A stretch of 62,823 bases of DNA, counting the filler, from Octopus bimaculoides (Eukaryota), in the NCBI RefSeq assembly GCF_001194135.2. It is 4 parts of 4 records of this genome, joined end to end, with 100 filler letters (N's around TTAATTAATTAA, not from the genome) between each part and the next. Parts side by side here need not be neighbours in the genome. Positions count along the whole stretch, not along the records: positions 1 to 29,599 come from NC_068995.1; positions 29,700 to 55,466 come from NC_068983.1; 2 more parts are not named here. One strand, given 5' to 3'. Position 1 is the stretch's first letter. Each line of letters starts with the position of its first letter. The notes under the pieces are model-generated. The model did no database searches. It worked only from the letters and a program-made list of their open reading frames with translations, and was not told the origin of the DNA. The position numbers and the translations under genes are program-made. Positions 26,327 to 38,767 of this stretch are shown here, piece after piece.

Positions 26327-26696
26327 GTGGCTGTGTGGTAAGAAGCTTGCTTCCGAACCACATGGTTCTGGGTTCAGTTCCACTGTGTGGAACCTTGGGT
26401 AAGTGTTTTCTACTATAGCCTTGGGCCGACCAAAGCCTTGAGTGGATTGGCAGGCGGAAACTGAAAGAAGTTCATCATGTGTGTGTGTGTGTCTTTCTGT
26501 CTATGCCCCGCACCATTACAACCACTTGACAACTGGTGTTCATGCCCCCGTAACTTAGTGGTCCAGCAAATAAACTGATAGAATAAGAACCAGGCTTAAA
26601 AAAATCTAAGTAGATGGGATGATTTGTTCAGCTAAAAATTCAAGGTTGTGCCCCAGCATGGGAGCAGTCTAATAACTGAAACAGGCAAAAGATAAA
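26327..26696 (+). mobile_element. Major tRNA-derived SINE copy
   Basis: Same head, body and tail as 17896-18300. Confidence 0.85.
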
Positions 26697-26786
26697 ATGC
26701 ACCCACATATAATACACACACACAGGAGAGACAAGGCATACTTCAACAAACAAGTCATAACTCTGTATTTGAGACAGATGTTACAT

Positions 26787-26997
26787 TTACTCCTTTAGCA
26801 TTTAAACAGGACATATCTGGTTTTATGTTCAGACCAGACAGATTTGGGTTCTCACATTTACCGTACAATGACATTCTAAAAATAAACAATCACATCATAA
26901 TTATCTTGAAGCTACAAGATAATGAATGTTAGATTTAAAACAATGCGAATTAATAAGAAGTACATTTGACAAAGTAATCTGAATGCTGAAGGGTTAA
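26787..26997. mobile_element. piggyBac-like MITE
   Basis: Ends cctttagcatt ... aatgctgaagggttaa (CCC..GGG-TTAA style). Related fragments at about 22380-22535 and 24700-24795. Confidence 0.6.
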
Positions 26998-27193
26998 ACA
27001 CCATTCCTGACACCTAATACCTATCTCCATAGAGAGACTGATTCCTTAATTATTCAGTGAGAAAAGTCATGCAAGTAATTTGGTATGGTATCATGAAAGT
27101 AACACCTTCAACTACTGATCAATGTTTCAAGCAAAGGCAGGATGAAGTGGAGGAGAGGTACGATGACTTTTTCTGGTTGCCCTTGCAACTTAC

Positions 27194-27274
27194 CATTCAT
27201 AAATACTTTTACTACCATAGTATGTTTAGAATCATTAGAATCATGCAATGAATGTAACAATGTGCCGTCAAGTG
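27194..27274 (-). other. Candidate upstream (5'UTR or coding) exon of KHDC4
   Basis: Acceptor ttttcttgttcaatcttctag and consensus donor ATG|gtaagt, 81 nt. The last codon is an ATG in frame with the next exon. No homology recognised. Confidence 0.4.
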
Positions 27275-27516
27275 CTAGAAGATTGAACAAGAAAATTAAT
27301 CTTTTGTTTTAATCAATTTTAATTAACATGCTTACACTTTATCTAGAGTTTGTTAATATATTTTAATTCTAATATTTAATTATACCATTTATTTTATAGA
27401 TCAATAATAATTAATTTAATTTTGTATTTTCCTTATTTTTGTTAGTATTTTTCACAGTAAATAGTCCACGGCAATCTTGAACAATGTTATAAACTGTTGT
27501 TTCAATATCAGCATAA

Positions 27517-27582
<66 letters not shown>

Positions 27583-28299
27583 CGCTGGTGTTAAAACGGG
27601 GGTAGCTGATGAAGGAAAATGTTCTCTATGTGGCTTGTGTGTTTTCTGTACTCTGGTTATTATTATTTTCTTGTCTACGTTTTGTTTGCAATGTCCTGTA
27701 CCCAGATATGCACCTATATATACAGGTAGACGTAGGTATGCACATACCTGTACGTATATATGCATATACTCATTTATTATTTGTATATACATATATATAT
27801 ACACATACATATATGTATATACATATACATACATACACAGACATACATACATATAAGAGACCAAAGTGTACATATGCCGCTATATTTTTATATATAAAAA
27901 ATACAAAAATGAGATAAGAATGCAAAACATCCAGACAGACGATACAAAGAAAACAAGGATGGGTCATTCATAGTTTTCTTTTCTTAGCCGAGTTCCAGAT
28001 TATCTTTGCAATTTCGGCTGGTTATACTTGAGATTCCTCCAATCTGGCCAGCCCCAAGGAAAAACTGAGCTAAGAGCATTAGATTCCTTGGAAGAAGGCA
28101 GTGAATGTATACGAAAACAAGTCTGGGAAAAAAACGGAGAAATGTTATACAAATACAAATGCAAATAACAGGTCTTAACAACAGGTGTCATCGAAAGACA
28201 CCTATTGTTATGTCTTGTTATTTGCATTTGTGTAACATTTCTCCGTTTTTTTCCATCCTTATTTTCGTATACATTTGAGTTGTTGAGTGACTGCCTCAA

Positions 28300-28645
28300 T
28301 ACCCAGTCATAATGTTGTCAGAGCTGGATCAAGCAGCTCCTACCTAGTCGAAAGCCATGCTGGGTATCACTCAGCAAGTTATTTTCTTCAAGAAATGCAA
28401 TTAGTTTCCCTCTGACTATCTGTTCCATGACTTTGCTGGTGTGTGATGTCAGAGAGATAGGCCTATAGTTTTTGGCATCTGCTCTGCTTCCCCCTTTATA
28501 GATTGGGCAGCCTGCCATTTGCAAGAAAGCTCTGGAAGAGAATCAGGAGGGGTTTTGCCAGGGCACACATACACGATTTGAGGAGGATTGCTGGGACACC
28601 ATCAGTTGAGTTTGCATCCACCTCATTCAGAGTTTTCTTTTGTCA
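28300..28645 (-). pseudogene. CR1/Jockey-group LINE reverse-transcriptase N-terminal fragment
   Basis: Peptide PIYKGGSRADAKNYRPISLTSHTSKVMEQIVRGKLIAFLEENNLLSDTQHGFRLGRSCLIQL. Upstream DGVPAILLKSC..LAKPL is in a shifted frame. Confidence 0.85.
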
Positions 28646-29002
28646 GTCAAGTTCCAAATTATCTTTGCAGTTTTGGCTTGTAATACTCGAGACTGCTCCA
28701 ATCTGGCCAGCCCCAAGGAAAATCTAAGCTAAGAGCATTAGATTCCTTGGAAGCTGGAGACCGGCTTTAATTAAACAAATCAACCCCAGAACTTATTCTT
28801 TGTAAGCCTAGTACTTATTCTATTGGATCTCTTTTGATGAACCGCTAAGTTACAGGGATGTAGATACACCAACATCGGTTGTCAAGCAATGGCTGGGGAG
28901 GGGGCAAACACTGACACACAAATGTATTCTTTCTTATATACACACTGCAGTGTACATACACTTTGGTCTCGTATATATATACATATATACATACATACAT
29001 AG

Positions 29003-29368
29003 GTACAGGAGTGGCTGTGTGATAAGTAGCTTGCTTACCAACCACATGATGGTTCTGAGCTCAGTCTCACTGTGTGTCTGCTATAGCATCGGGTCAACCA
29101 AAGCCGTGTGAACGGATTTGGTAGACGGAAACTGAAATATGTATGTATATGTTTGTGTGTCAGTGTTTTCCCCGCACCCACCGCCATCACTTGACAACCA
29201 ATGTTAGTGAGTCTACATCCCTGTAACATAGTGGTTCAGTATAAGAGACAGACAGAATAAGTACTAGGCTTACAAAGAATAAGTTCTGGGGTTGATTTGT
29301 TTGACTAAAGGCGGTGCTCCAGCATGGCCGCAGTCAAATGACTGAAACAAATAAAAGAGTAAGAGAGA
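29003..29368 (+). mobile_element. Major tRNA-derived SINE copy
   Basis: Same family. It sits back-to-back with a minus-strand fragment at about 28760-28920. Confidence 0.85.
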
Positions 29369-30514
29369 ATCATCATCATCATCATCATCATCATCGTTTA
29401 ACGTCCGCTTTCCATGCTAGCATGGGTTGGACGATTTGACTGAGGACTGGTGAAACCGGATGGCAACACCAGGCTCCAATCTAATTTGGCAGAGTTTCTA
29501 CAGCTGGATGCCCTTCCTAACGCCAACCACTCAGAGAGTGTAGTGGGTGCTTTTACGTATCACCTGCACAAAAACGGCCACGCTCGAAATGGTGTCTTTN
29601 NNNNNNNNNNNNNNNNNNNNNNNNNNNNNNNNNNNNNNNNNNNTTAATTAATTAANNNNNNNNNNNNNNNNNNNNNNNNNNNNNNNNNNNNNNNNNNNNT
29701 ATATGCATATATACGTACAGGTATGTGCATACCGACATCCACCTGTATGTATAGGTGCATATCTGGGTACAGGACATTGCAAACAAGACGTAGACAAGAA
29801 AACACACAAGCCACATAGAGAACATTTTCCTTCATCAGCTACTCCCGTTTTAACACCGGCGTTTCGAAGAGCTGGGTAGGACGCATCGTTAAAACGGCTC
29901 TTCCCATGGACCGCAAATTAAATTTGTATACACAAATTAAACCTTGCCATGGAGGAATGTAGTGGCGGACAAAAAACAAGACAGGAAAACAAACAGAAAA
30001 GGCTATACGGCCAGTCGGGAAAAATTATGTGTGTATGAATGCTGTGAGGCATGAACTTGAAAGTGGGGACGAAGAAAACACACAAGCCACATAGAGAACA
30101 TTTTCCTTCATCAGCTACCCCCGTTTTAACACCGGCGTTTCGAAGAGCTGTGCATTTGTATATAGTAACTGACATGCTTGACTATATTTCCCACCAAACC
30201 CCGGGGGTGAATGTGGTGTTTATATCCATCACCATTATGGGCACATCCTTTTCCGAGACGAAATACAACAGCGAAAAGTTGTATTCACGTTCGAGTTTGC
30301 AGGACGTGTTAGTTATGGAAATACACATCTTACATATTTCGCTTTTGGTCTTTGTTAGGAATACTGAGGAATTTGAAAACAAATTTTTGTTTGTATTTTT
30401 GTTTATTATTATTTTTTTTTTATTCTTAAGAAGTTCAAATACAAATAAATCTATGAATAAATGATAAACTCAGAAAATTTCGGATAAATATACGAAAAGG
30501 TAGACAGAATCACC

Positions 30515-30590
30515 TACTGGCATTGAATCACGTGTCCACCATATAAGAGATGGCTGCGATAAACTACTGAATCACGTGAACCATGGCAAC
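30515..30590. promoter_or_regulatory. Candidate KHDC4 promoter region with two GAATCACGTG E-box repeats
   Basis: gaatcacgtgtcc and gaatcacgtgaac lie about 45 bp apart in non-repeat, CpG-retaining sequence, just upstream of a minus-strand gtaag donor at 30333. Confidence 0.3.
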
Positions 30591-32109
30591 TTCCAATCAT
30601 TTAATTAGAAGCTTCTATCTGTACAAGCTAGAAGAGAATAAATTTGTTCGACGTATTCAGATAATTGAAATTAGATCTATATTATTTAAACCATTGAAAT
30701 GCAGAAGAAGCTATACGTACATAACAAAACAATAATATCGAGTAATATTCAATATCAATGCTCTATATCTTTTCTCTTTTCCTAAGACTAATTTATGGAG
30801 AAATCTAAGTTGTCTGCGTGTGCATATGTGTGTAGTGAGTTAAACAAAATAGGAGAGTTTGTACACATCATACAAACTTTTTATATCTTACTTTCTGTAT
30901 GTTATCTATTACCTACACAACTGTACACTCCAATCAAAGCTTCTATACTAAGAGTCCCTAGATTCCCACTGGGGTATTTCGGAATGTGTGTGTGTGNNNN
31001 NNNNNNNNNNNNNNNNNNNNNNNNNNNNNNNNNNNNNNNNNNNNNNNNNNNNNNNNNNNNNNNNNNNNNNNNNNNNNNNNNNNNNNNNNNNNNNNNNNNN
31101 NNNNNNNNNNNNNNNNNNNNNNNNNNNNNNNNNNNNNNNNNNNNNNNNNNNNNNNNNNNNNNNNNNNNNNNNNNNNNNNNNNNNNNNNNNNNNNNNNNNN
31201 NNNNNNNNNNNNNNNNNNNNNNNNNNNNNNNNNNNNNNNNNNNNNNNNNNNNNNNNNNNNNNNNNNNNNNNNNNNNNNNNNNNNNNNNNNNNNNNNNNNN
31301 NNNNNNNNNNNNNNNNNNNNNNNNNNNNNNNNNNNNNNNNNNNNNNNNNNNNNNNNNNNNNNNNNNNNNNNNNNNNNNNNNNNNNNNNNNNNNNNNNNNN
31401 NNNNNNNNNNNNNNNNNNNNNNNNNNNNNNNNNNNNNNNNNNNNNNNNNNNNNNNNNNNNNNNNNNNNNNNNNNNNNNNNNNNNNNNNNNNNNNNNNNNN
31501 NNNNNNNNNNNNNNNNNNNNNNNNNNNNNNNNNNNNNNNNNNNNNNNNNNNNNNNNNNNNNNNNNNNNNNNNNNNNNNNNNNNNNNNNNNNNNNNNNNNN
31601 NNNNNNNNNNNNNNNNNNNNNNNNNNNNNNNNNNNNNNNNNNNNNNNNNNNNNNNNNNNNNNNNNNNNNNNNNNNNNNNNNNNNNNNNNNNNNNNNNNNN
31701 NNNNNNNNNNNNNNNNNNNNNNNNNNNNNNNNNNNNNNNNNNNNNNNNNNNNNNNNNNNNNNNNNNNNNNNNNNNNNNNNNNNNNNNNNNNNNNNNNNNN
31801 NNNNNNNNNNNNNNNNNNNNNNNNNNNNNNNNNNNNNNNNNNNNNNNNATATACCTATTTATGTATATATATTGTGATCACGTGATGCGCTTTGTATCAT
31901 TTTAGCATTTGAATGAAACCATCTTGCTGGCTAGGTGAACAGGCCAACATTCTCCACTTGATCGAAATGGTGACTGGAGCAATGTGAAATGAATTTCTTT
32001 GTTAAATTATTTTCTTTTGCTTTTCAGATTATTTCAGAGCTAAATTGTATTGTAATTTTACAAAAATACCTACATAAGTTTAAACTGTAATAAGTAAATA
32101 AAATTATAT

Positions 32110-32565
32110 AATGGCAACTAGAAGTAAAAGCCGTAATTCAGCATTTGGATTTCCTGCATAATTTCCTATAGCAATGAACCCCCATCAAAGCCTGATGTAT
32201 CACGACATTATTTATATATAAGAAAACGTGAAGAAAAGATATTAAAAACTTCAACAACAGCGAAAGAATGCTACCGGATTGTTGCTGCAGATGTGCTAAC
32301 CATATGCAACAAATTTTCTTTTCCTTATATTGGGTTTGAGGGAATAGCTCTAACAATTGACAGATTGATTGAATCTGCTTATAAATTAAACAAAATACCT
32401 ATCAAGCAAAGAGGAGATAGTTTTGATAAGAAATTAGAGGAAATCACTGACATGTTTGACATATGCACATGCACGTGTTATGACAAACAAATAAAAAGAT
32501 CTGACTGTCATAGCAAATACCACTTCCTTGTCGAAGCCAAGGAGTCGAGCATGCTATCAATTTAG
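32110..32565 (+). pseudogene. Decayed DNA-transposon-like ORF remnant (superfamily not assigned)
   Basis: Peptide IDRLIESAYKLNK...FDKKLEEITDMFDICTCTCYD resembles the LFDIxxCxC motif I recall from invertebrate transposon-derived proteins. Stops and frameshifts upstream. Confidence 0.45.
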
Positions 32566-33220
32566 TGGCAAAAGCTTCTGAAGTCAGAACAGGCTACGAA
32601 AATAGGCACAAATTCATATTAAATGTACAGAAATCACGACAAAGTTTACCTCACATTGGCTGGAAAAAACAATGGTCATTTAATTAAATAGTAAATATTA
32701 TTAATGCTTATTTTATGGTGTTCACTGTCCATGTATTTCGTTTGAAGTTCGTGCATAGGTCTTTTTTTTTTTTTTTGTATACCATAATAGCCATTAAGAA
32801 TTTACATTTCTTTTTACGTTGTAAGTACTTTTCTGAATATAGACTTTTCTTACAAAAAAAAAAATATTAATACAAACTATATAAATAAATAAATANNNNN
32901 NNNNNNNNNNNNNNNNNNNNNNNNNNNNNNNNNNNNNNNNNNNNNNNNNNNNNNNNNNNNNNNNNNNNNNNNNNNNNNNNNNNNNNNNNNNNNNNNNNNN
33001 NNNNNNNNNNNNNNNNNNNNNNNNNNNNNNNNNNNNNNNNNNNNNNNNNNNNNNNNNNNNNNNNNNNNNNNNNNNNNNNNNNNNNNNNNNNNNNNNNNNN
33101 NNNNNNNNNNNNNNNNGGTCGAATACTTTTTAAAATTTGTTAATTTATTTCTCACACCAACATGAACAGCAAGCAATATGTGGAATCAGAATATAAAATT
33201 TCGACCCTCACCCCATGTAT

Positions 33221-33258
<38 letters not shown>

Positions 33259-33726
33259 CAACGCTTCTGTTTTATTATTCTAAATAGGTTTGAGTGCGAG
33301 GTATTTAATATATCAAGACTAATATCGATATTATTTATTAACTTCTTTTCACAGAATTCTTTCTAAAACTAGGCATGAACTATTTCATGTTATTCTGATG
33401 TTATATTTCATTGAGAATTTTATCATACCTATAGTTGGACTTCATCATCAAACATGGCGACACAATCTATTAATTTTGCCTCCTGTTTAGAGGCTAACAA
33501 TTGAGAAATAGACATTTGGAAGCGTGTTTACAGGTTGACAAACACTCTGATCTTACATTTTAACTGTAAATATCCTGGCAAAAATAAGCAGTTATTTTTC
33601 GATTTAAATGTTATATGCAAGGCAATTTGAAGAGAAATAATCGGGTGGAAGATTCTAGAGTCAAAAGCCAAATATAAGTGACTGCATAAAATTTCCTGTC
33701 ACAACTATGAGTTAACCAAAAGTCGC

Positions 33727-34040
33727 GCGTAGCTTGGTGGTGAGAGGTATTCGCTTCACGATCATAAAGTCTTGAGTTCAATTTCCGACAGTGCGATGTG
33801 TCTTGAGCAAGACACTTTATTTCACGTTGCTCCAGTCCATTCAGCTGACAAAAATGTGTAGTCCCTGTATTTCAAAGGGTCAGCCTTGCCACATCCTGTG
33901 TCACATTGAATCCCCCTGGTAACTACGCTAAGGGTACGCGTATCTGTGAAGTACTCAGCCACTTGCACGTTAAGTTACGAGCAGGCTGTTCCGTTGATCG
34001 GATCAGCTGGAACCCTCGTCGTCGTAACCGACGGATTGCC
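33727..34040 (+). mobile_element. tRNA-derived SINE, second family
   Basis: A/B-box-like head. The 3' half (tcaaagggtcagccttg...ggaaccctcgtcgtcgtaaccgacgg) is shared with 36845-37218. Confidence 0.8.
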
Positions 34041-35472
34041 AGACAGTCCAGTATATAATTTACCTATAAAATGAAATGGATGAGAATTTTTGAATTGTTT
34101 ACGTTCTACGCTTCATATGAAAACTTTGTAAATTCTATTAACAATTATCTGCTGAAGGACTTTCTGACACATGTGGCTCATTTTCTTTGTCTATCCACAA
34201 ATGTATTGATTGTGGTCATTATCTGTTGAATATTACTCAGCGAGATCATTCCTATACATCTAGATGATAAAATCATAAACCAAAGATTCATATCGGATTA
34301 ACCAAATATAACTTTAAGGCTCATCTTGAGCAGATAATTTTTGTTTTATTATTCAACACACAGGAAAATTGCAGAACAATATTGTCCGAGTAGTAGACTA
34401 ATCTGAACGGTAGACTTAATTTTTAGTGAGATACTTAATCTGCTTACAAGTTTGAGTGTCATAAGCAATTATCCCTTTCTTGTAAGCATTTGGGCATATC
34501 GAAAAAGTAAGTAGTTAATCTATGTCATCCTTGCACAAGTATGTAGTTAATCAAGATTGTTTGTGTAAGAGTATGAAATCAAGTACAGATATTACACAGA
34601 TGATATAAACTATGGAAATAGCCAGATGTAACCATTAAACAATTTCAAACAAGGATATGGCAATTTTTTCATTTGCTTCGCATCAAAGGCATCTTAATTT
34701 TATTTTCTCAGACCTAAATAAACCTTAATTGAAAGCAGTTTAGCAGTTTTGATATGGCCATCTCGTCATTTTAGAGTTATAGAGGACCTCTATACCTAAT
34801 GTGCCTTTCTTTGTTAAAAGATTGATTTGAGAGGTATTTGGCTGCTAGTTCTAGCAGCTCTGTTGCCCATGTAAAGGCTACTTCATTGTCAGGCATGCTG
34901 ACGGAAAATTTAAACTTAAAATAATATCCAATTTGTAACACATCTATTTTAAAGGTTTCACACAGACACACACGCACAAACACACACACACACACACTCT
35001 CTCTCTCTCTCACACACACTCTCTTTCTCACACACACACACACGAGCATACATGCACACACCTACGCACACATAAACAGACACACACACACACGCACAAA
35101 TATTTATTGATAAGTGAAGAGATGGTTAATTACCGACCTACCCAATTCTTGTCAATATTGAAATGTTCAGCCAATAATTACAAGATATATAAACATATGG
35201 GAATTTGTAGATATAAAAAAACATTTAGATAACCAAGTTTGGAAGTCAAAAGTACATGTTTAAGATTACAAATAATTGGCAAAGAGTCATTATGAAGCTA
35301 TTGCCCTCGAGCATTAAAGAAGTAACATATAAGCACAAGCATAAATACATATATGCAAACACATGTGCACGTAGACATGGGCACTCGCAAGTGTTTATAT
35401 ATACATTTATAGTGCCTATATACATTATATCATAAACTAACTTCGGCAATAAAATGAAAATGCCTATGTTCA

Positions 35473-35525
<53 letters not shown>

Positions 35526-36245
35526 NNNNNNNNNNNNNNNNNNNNNNNNNNNNNNNNNNNNNNNNNNNNNNNNNNNNNNNNNNNNNNNNNNNNNNNNNNN
35601 NNNNNNNNNNNNNNNNNNNNNNNNNNNNNNNNNNNNNNNNNNNNNNNNNNNNNNNNNNNNNNNNNNNNNNNNNNNNNNNNNNNNNNNNNNNNNNNNNNNN
35701 NNNNNNNNNNNNNNNNNNNNNNNNNNNNNNNNNNNNNNNNNNNNNNNNNNNNNNNNNNNNNNNNNNNNNNNNNNNNNNNNNNNNNNNNNNNNNNNNNNNN
35801 NNNNNNNNNNNNNNNNNNNNNNNNNNNNNNNNNNNNNNNNNNNNNNNNNNNNNNNNNNNNNNNNNNNNNNNNNNNNNNNNNNNNNNNNNNNNNNNNNNNN
35901 NNNNNNNNNNNNNNNNNNNNNNNNNNNNNNNNNNNNNNNNNNNNNNNNNNNNNNNNNNNNNNNNNNNNNNNNNNNNNNNNNNNNNNNNNNNNNNNNNNNN
36001 NNNNNNNNNNNNNNNNNNNNNNNNNNNNNNNNNNNNNNNNNNNNNNNNNNNNNNNNNNNNNNNNNNNNNNNNNNNNNNNNNNGTGTGTGTGTGTGTGTGT
36101 GTGTGTTGTGTGTGTGTGTGTATATATATATATACACATGCAGTAATATAAGGTTTAAGATGTGTATATATAAACACATATATACACATATATATGCTGT
36201 ATGATATATATATACACATACAAACAGACAGACGGACAGACAGGC

Positions 36246-36310
<65 letters not shown>

Positions 36311-36844
36311 TGGATATATAGATACGTACACATCCACATATGCAAAGAGACACATGTAACGAAATCTATTATAGATTCACTATATTTATCTATGTAGGCA
36401 TCATTTCAATCTGCTTCGTGCTTGCCTAGGCTGGTTTCATCTCCAGCATATATTTTCGCTAATTTGTAGTTCTTAAATTCGGGCTCGAAATTATAAACTG
36501 CAAATACCTGGGAGTGTAGGACAGAAGAATCTCAAAAAAAAAGAATGAAAAGAAAGGGCTATGAGTTCATAGTGAACAGCCAGAAGAATGAGTGGAGAAT
36601 AAGGTTTTAGCCAGTGGAGAATCGCAGTTGGAGGTTCGTAACGCCTCTCGTAACTTCAGGCATTTCAGGTGTTTGCAGAAGAAAAACCATCTAGTATAAC
36701 GTAGAGGCTGCTGCGAAAGCCTCTTGATGGCTCTAGCTGGAAATAAGTGATCGACGGGGATAGTAGAATTCCGCTCGTACACAGCCCTAGACGTGATCGC
36801 CAGGAAAAAGTTGTACGTTGTAAAACATGAAACAGCCTATTCTT

Positions 36845-37218
36845 TGTTGGCACTCCGTCGCTTACGACGTCGAGGGTTCCAGTTGATCCGATCAACGGAA
36901 CCGCCTGCTCGTGAAATTAACGTGCAAGTGGCTGAGCACTCCACAGACACGTATACCCTTAACGTAGTTCTCGGGGATATTCAGCGTGATACAGTGTGAC
37001 AAGGCTGACCCTTTGAACTACAGGCACAACAGAAACAGGAAGTAAGAGAAAGTTGTGGTGAAAGAGTACAGCAGGGTTCGCCACCATCCCCTGCCGGAGC
37101 CTCGTGGCGCTTTAGGTGTTTTCGCTCAATAAACACTCACAACGCCCGGTCTGGGAATCGAAACCGCGATCCTATGACCGCGAGTCCGCTGCCCTAACCA
37201 CTGGGCCATTGCGCCTCC
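36845..37218 (-). mobile_element. Young, intact tRNA-derived SINE
   Basis: Head ggaggcgcaaTGGCCCAGTGGttagggcagcggactcgcggtcataggatcgcGGTTTCGATTCCC with Pol III A and B boxes. CpGs retained. Confidence 0.85.
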
Positions 37219-37341
37219 AAAAACCGCCTGTAAGTCCAGGATAAATGACCAACAATTTGTCCAAGCGTTGCATGTATAGATGTATGTGGAACATGTGTGC
37301 ACGGTACTCGTACGAATGTATAATATAGATATAGATACATG

Positions 37342-37755
37342 TATAAGTAACAAAGATGTACAAGCGGCTCCGTTTAATTAATTAATTAGAACATTATACC
37401 AATTTGAAAGAAACCGCTCTCTTCCGATGGTCGCATAGGCGTCAAACATAAGGAATAAACTATTTTTATAAACAGATTTACATCAATGATAGAAACCAAA
37501 ATATCTACATTGTTTTCTATTGTTATATCTGTGGCAGAATTCTGGTAGAAACAATGTAAATATTTTGGTTTCCATTATTGATGTAAACGTGTTTATAAAA
37601 ATGGTTTATCCTTTACGTTTGATGCTTGTGCGACCATCTGAAGGGAGCGGTTTCTATCAAATTAATATAATGCTCTCATTAATTAATTAATTAATTAAAC
37701 GGAGCCGCTTGAAACGGCCGTAATGAACAGTCACTTGTACATCTTTGTTACTTAT
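37342..37755. mobile_element. Fold-back element/MITE, arms about 175-180 bp, loop about 25 nt
   Basis: aagcggctccgtttaattaattaa ... ttaattaattaaacggagccgctt with matching inner arms. An outer ataagtaacaaagatgtacaag pair is separated from the right arm by a roughly 23-nt insertion. Confidence 0.85.
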
Positions 37756-38074
37756 TTATATTCTGTGCACCTAACTTGGAATCTGCACTTCGGAGATACT
37801 ATAGAAAGGACCTTTATATAAAAAGTACATGTCTGAATTACCAAGAGCGGATATCTTCATTTAGGTGGGTTGAGGTGTTTGCACATACGACGGGAATATT
37901 AGGTAAAAACACCCTTACACGAAGTCCTGATATTCAATATTCAAATAATATTGTTGAGGTGTACAGACTATACCGAACTAGCAAGGTGCCTCAATATAAG
38001 TACCTAATTCAACTGAATCTTAATTACATTTTGTGTGTGTATGCGTGTATAAACATATATATATATATATATAC

Positions 38075-38120
<46 letters not shown>

Positions 38121-38707
38121 GTATGTATATATATATGCATGCATATATGCATACATACATACATGCATACATACATGTGTGTACGTACTTGCTTGTATGT
38201 GTAAGAATAGTATTAACTTGTATAATCATTGTAAAAAAAATCTTCTTTAATAGGGGTTCACCTGCGGCTACATGACATCCGTTGTAAACACAGATTAGAT
38301 GTGATTAGATAACTTTATTTCAGGCTATCTTCTAAATTTTCTTAACCACAAACACACATATATATATGTGTGTGTAAATATATGTGCGTGTTTGTGTGCA
38401 CATATAAATATTTAAATATATGCATGTATATATATATTTATATATAAATATACATATGCATGCATATATATGTATATATATAGATATATATATACACACA
38501 CACACAAACGCACACATATATATATATATATATATGTATACACACACACACACTCACATATATATGTAAATATTTTATTCACAGAATTGTTTTGAGTTTT
38601 TTAGTTTAAGTGGCCTGAAATAGGTTCTTTTGAAATTGTCAATTTTTGGCATGTGTGTGTGCGTGTGTGTATTTGTGTGTGTGTGTGTGTGTATGTGTGT
38701 GTGCGTG

Positions 38708-38767
<60 letters not shown>

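Noticed and set aside
29644-29655. TTAATTAATTAA islands centred in N gaps (also 55511-55522 and 59863-59874)
   Set aside because: The identical 12-mer with stops in all frames, embedded in fixed-size gaps, is a scaffolding linker and not biology.
37150-37218. tRNA-like sequence
   Set aside because: It continues directly into a SINE body shared with other copies, so it is a SINE head and not a tRNA gene.
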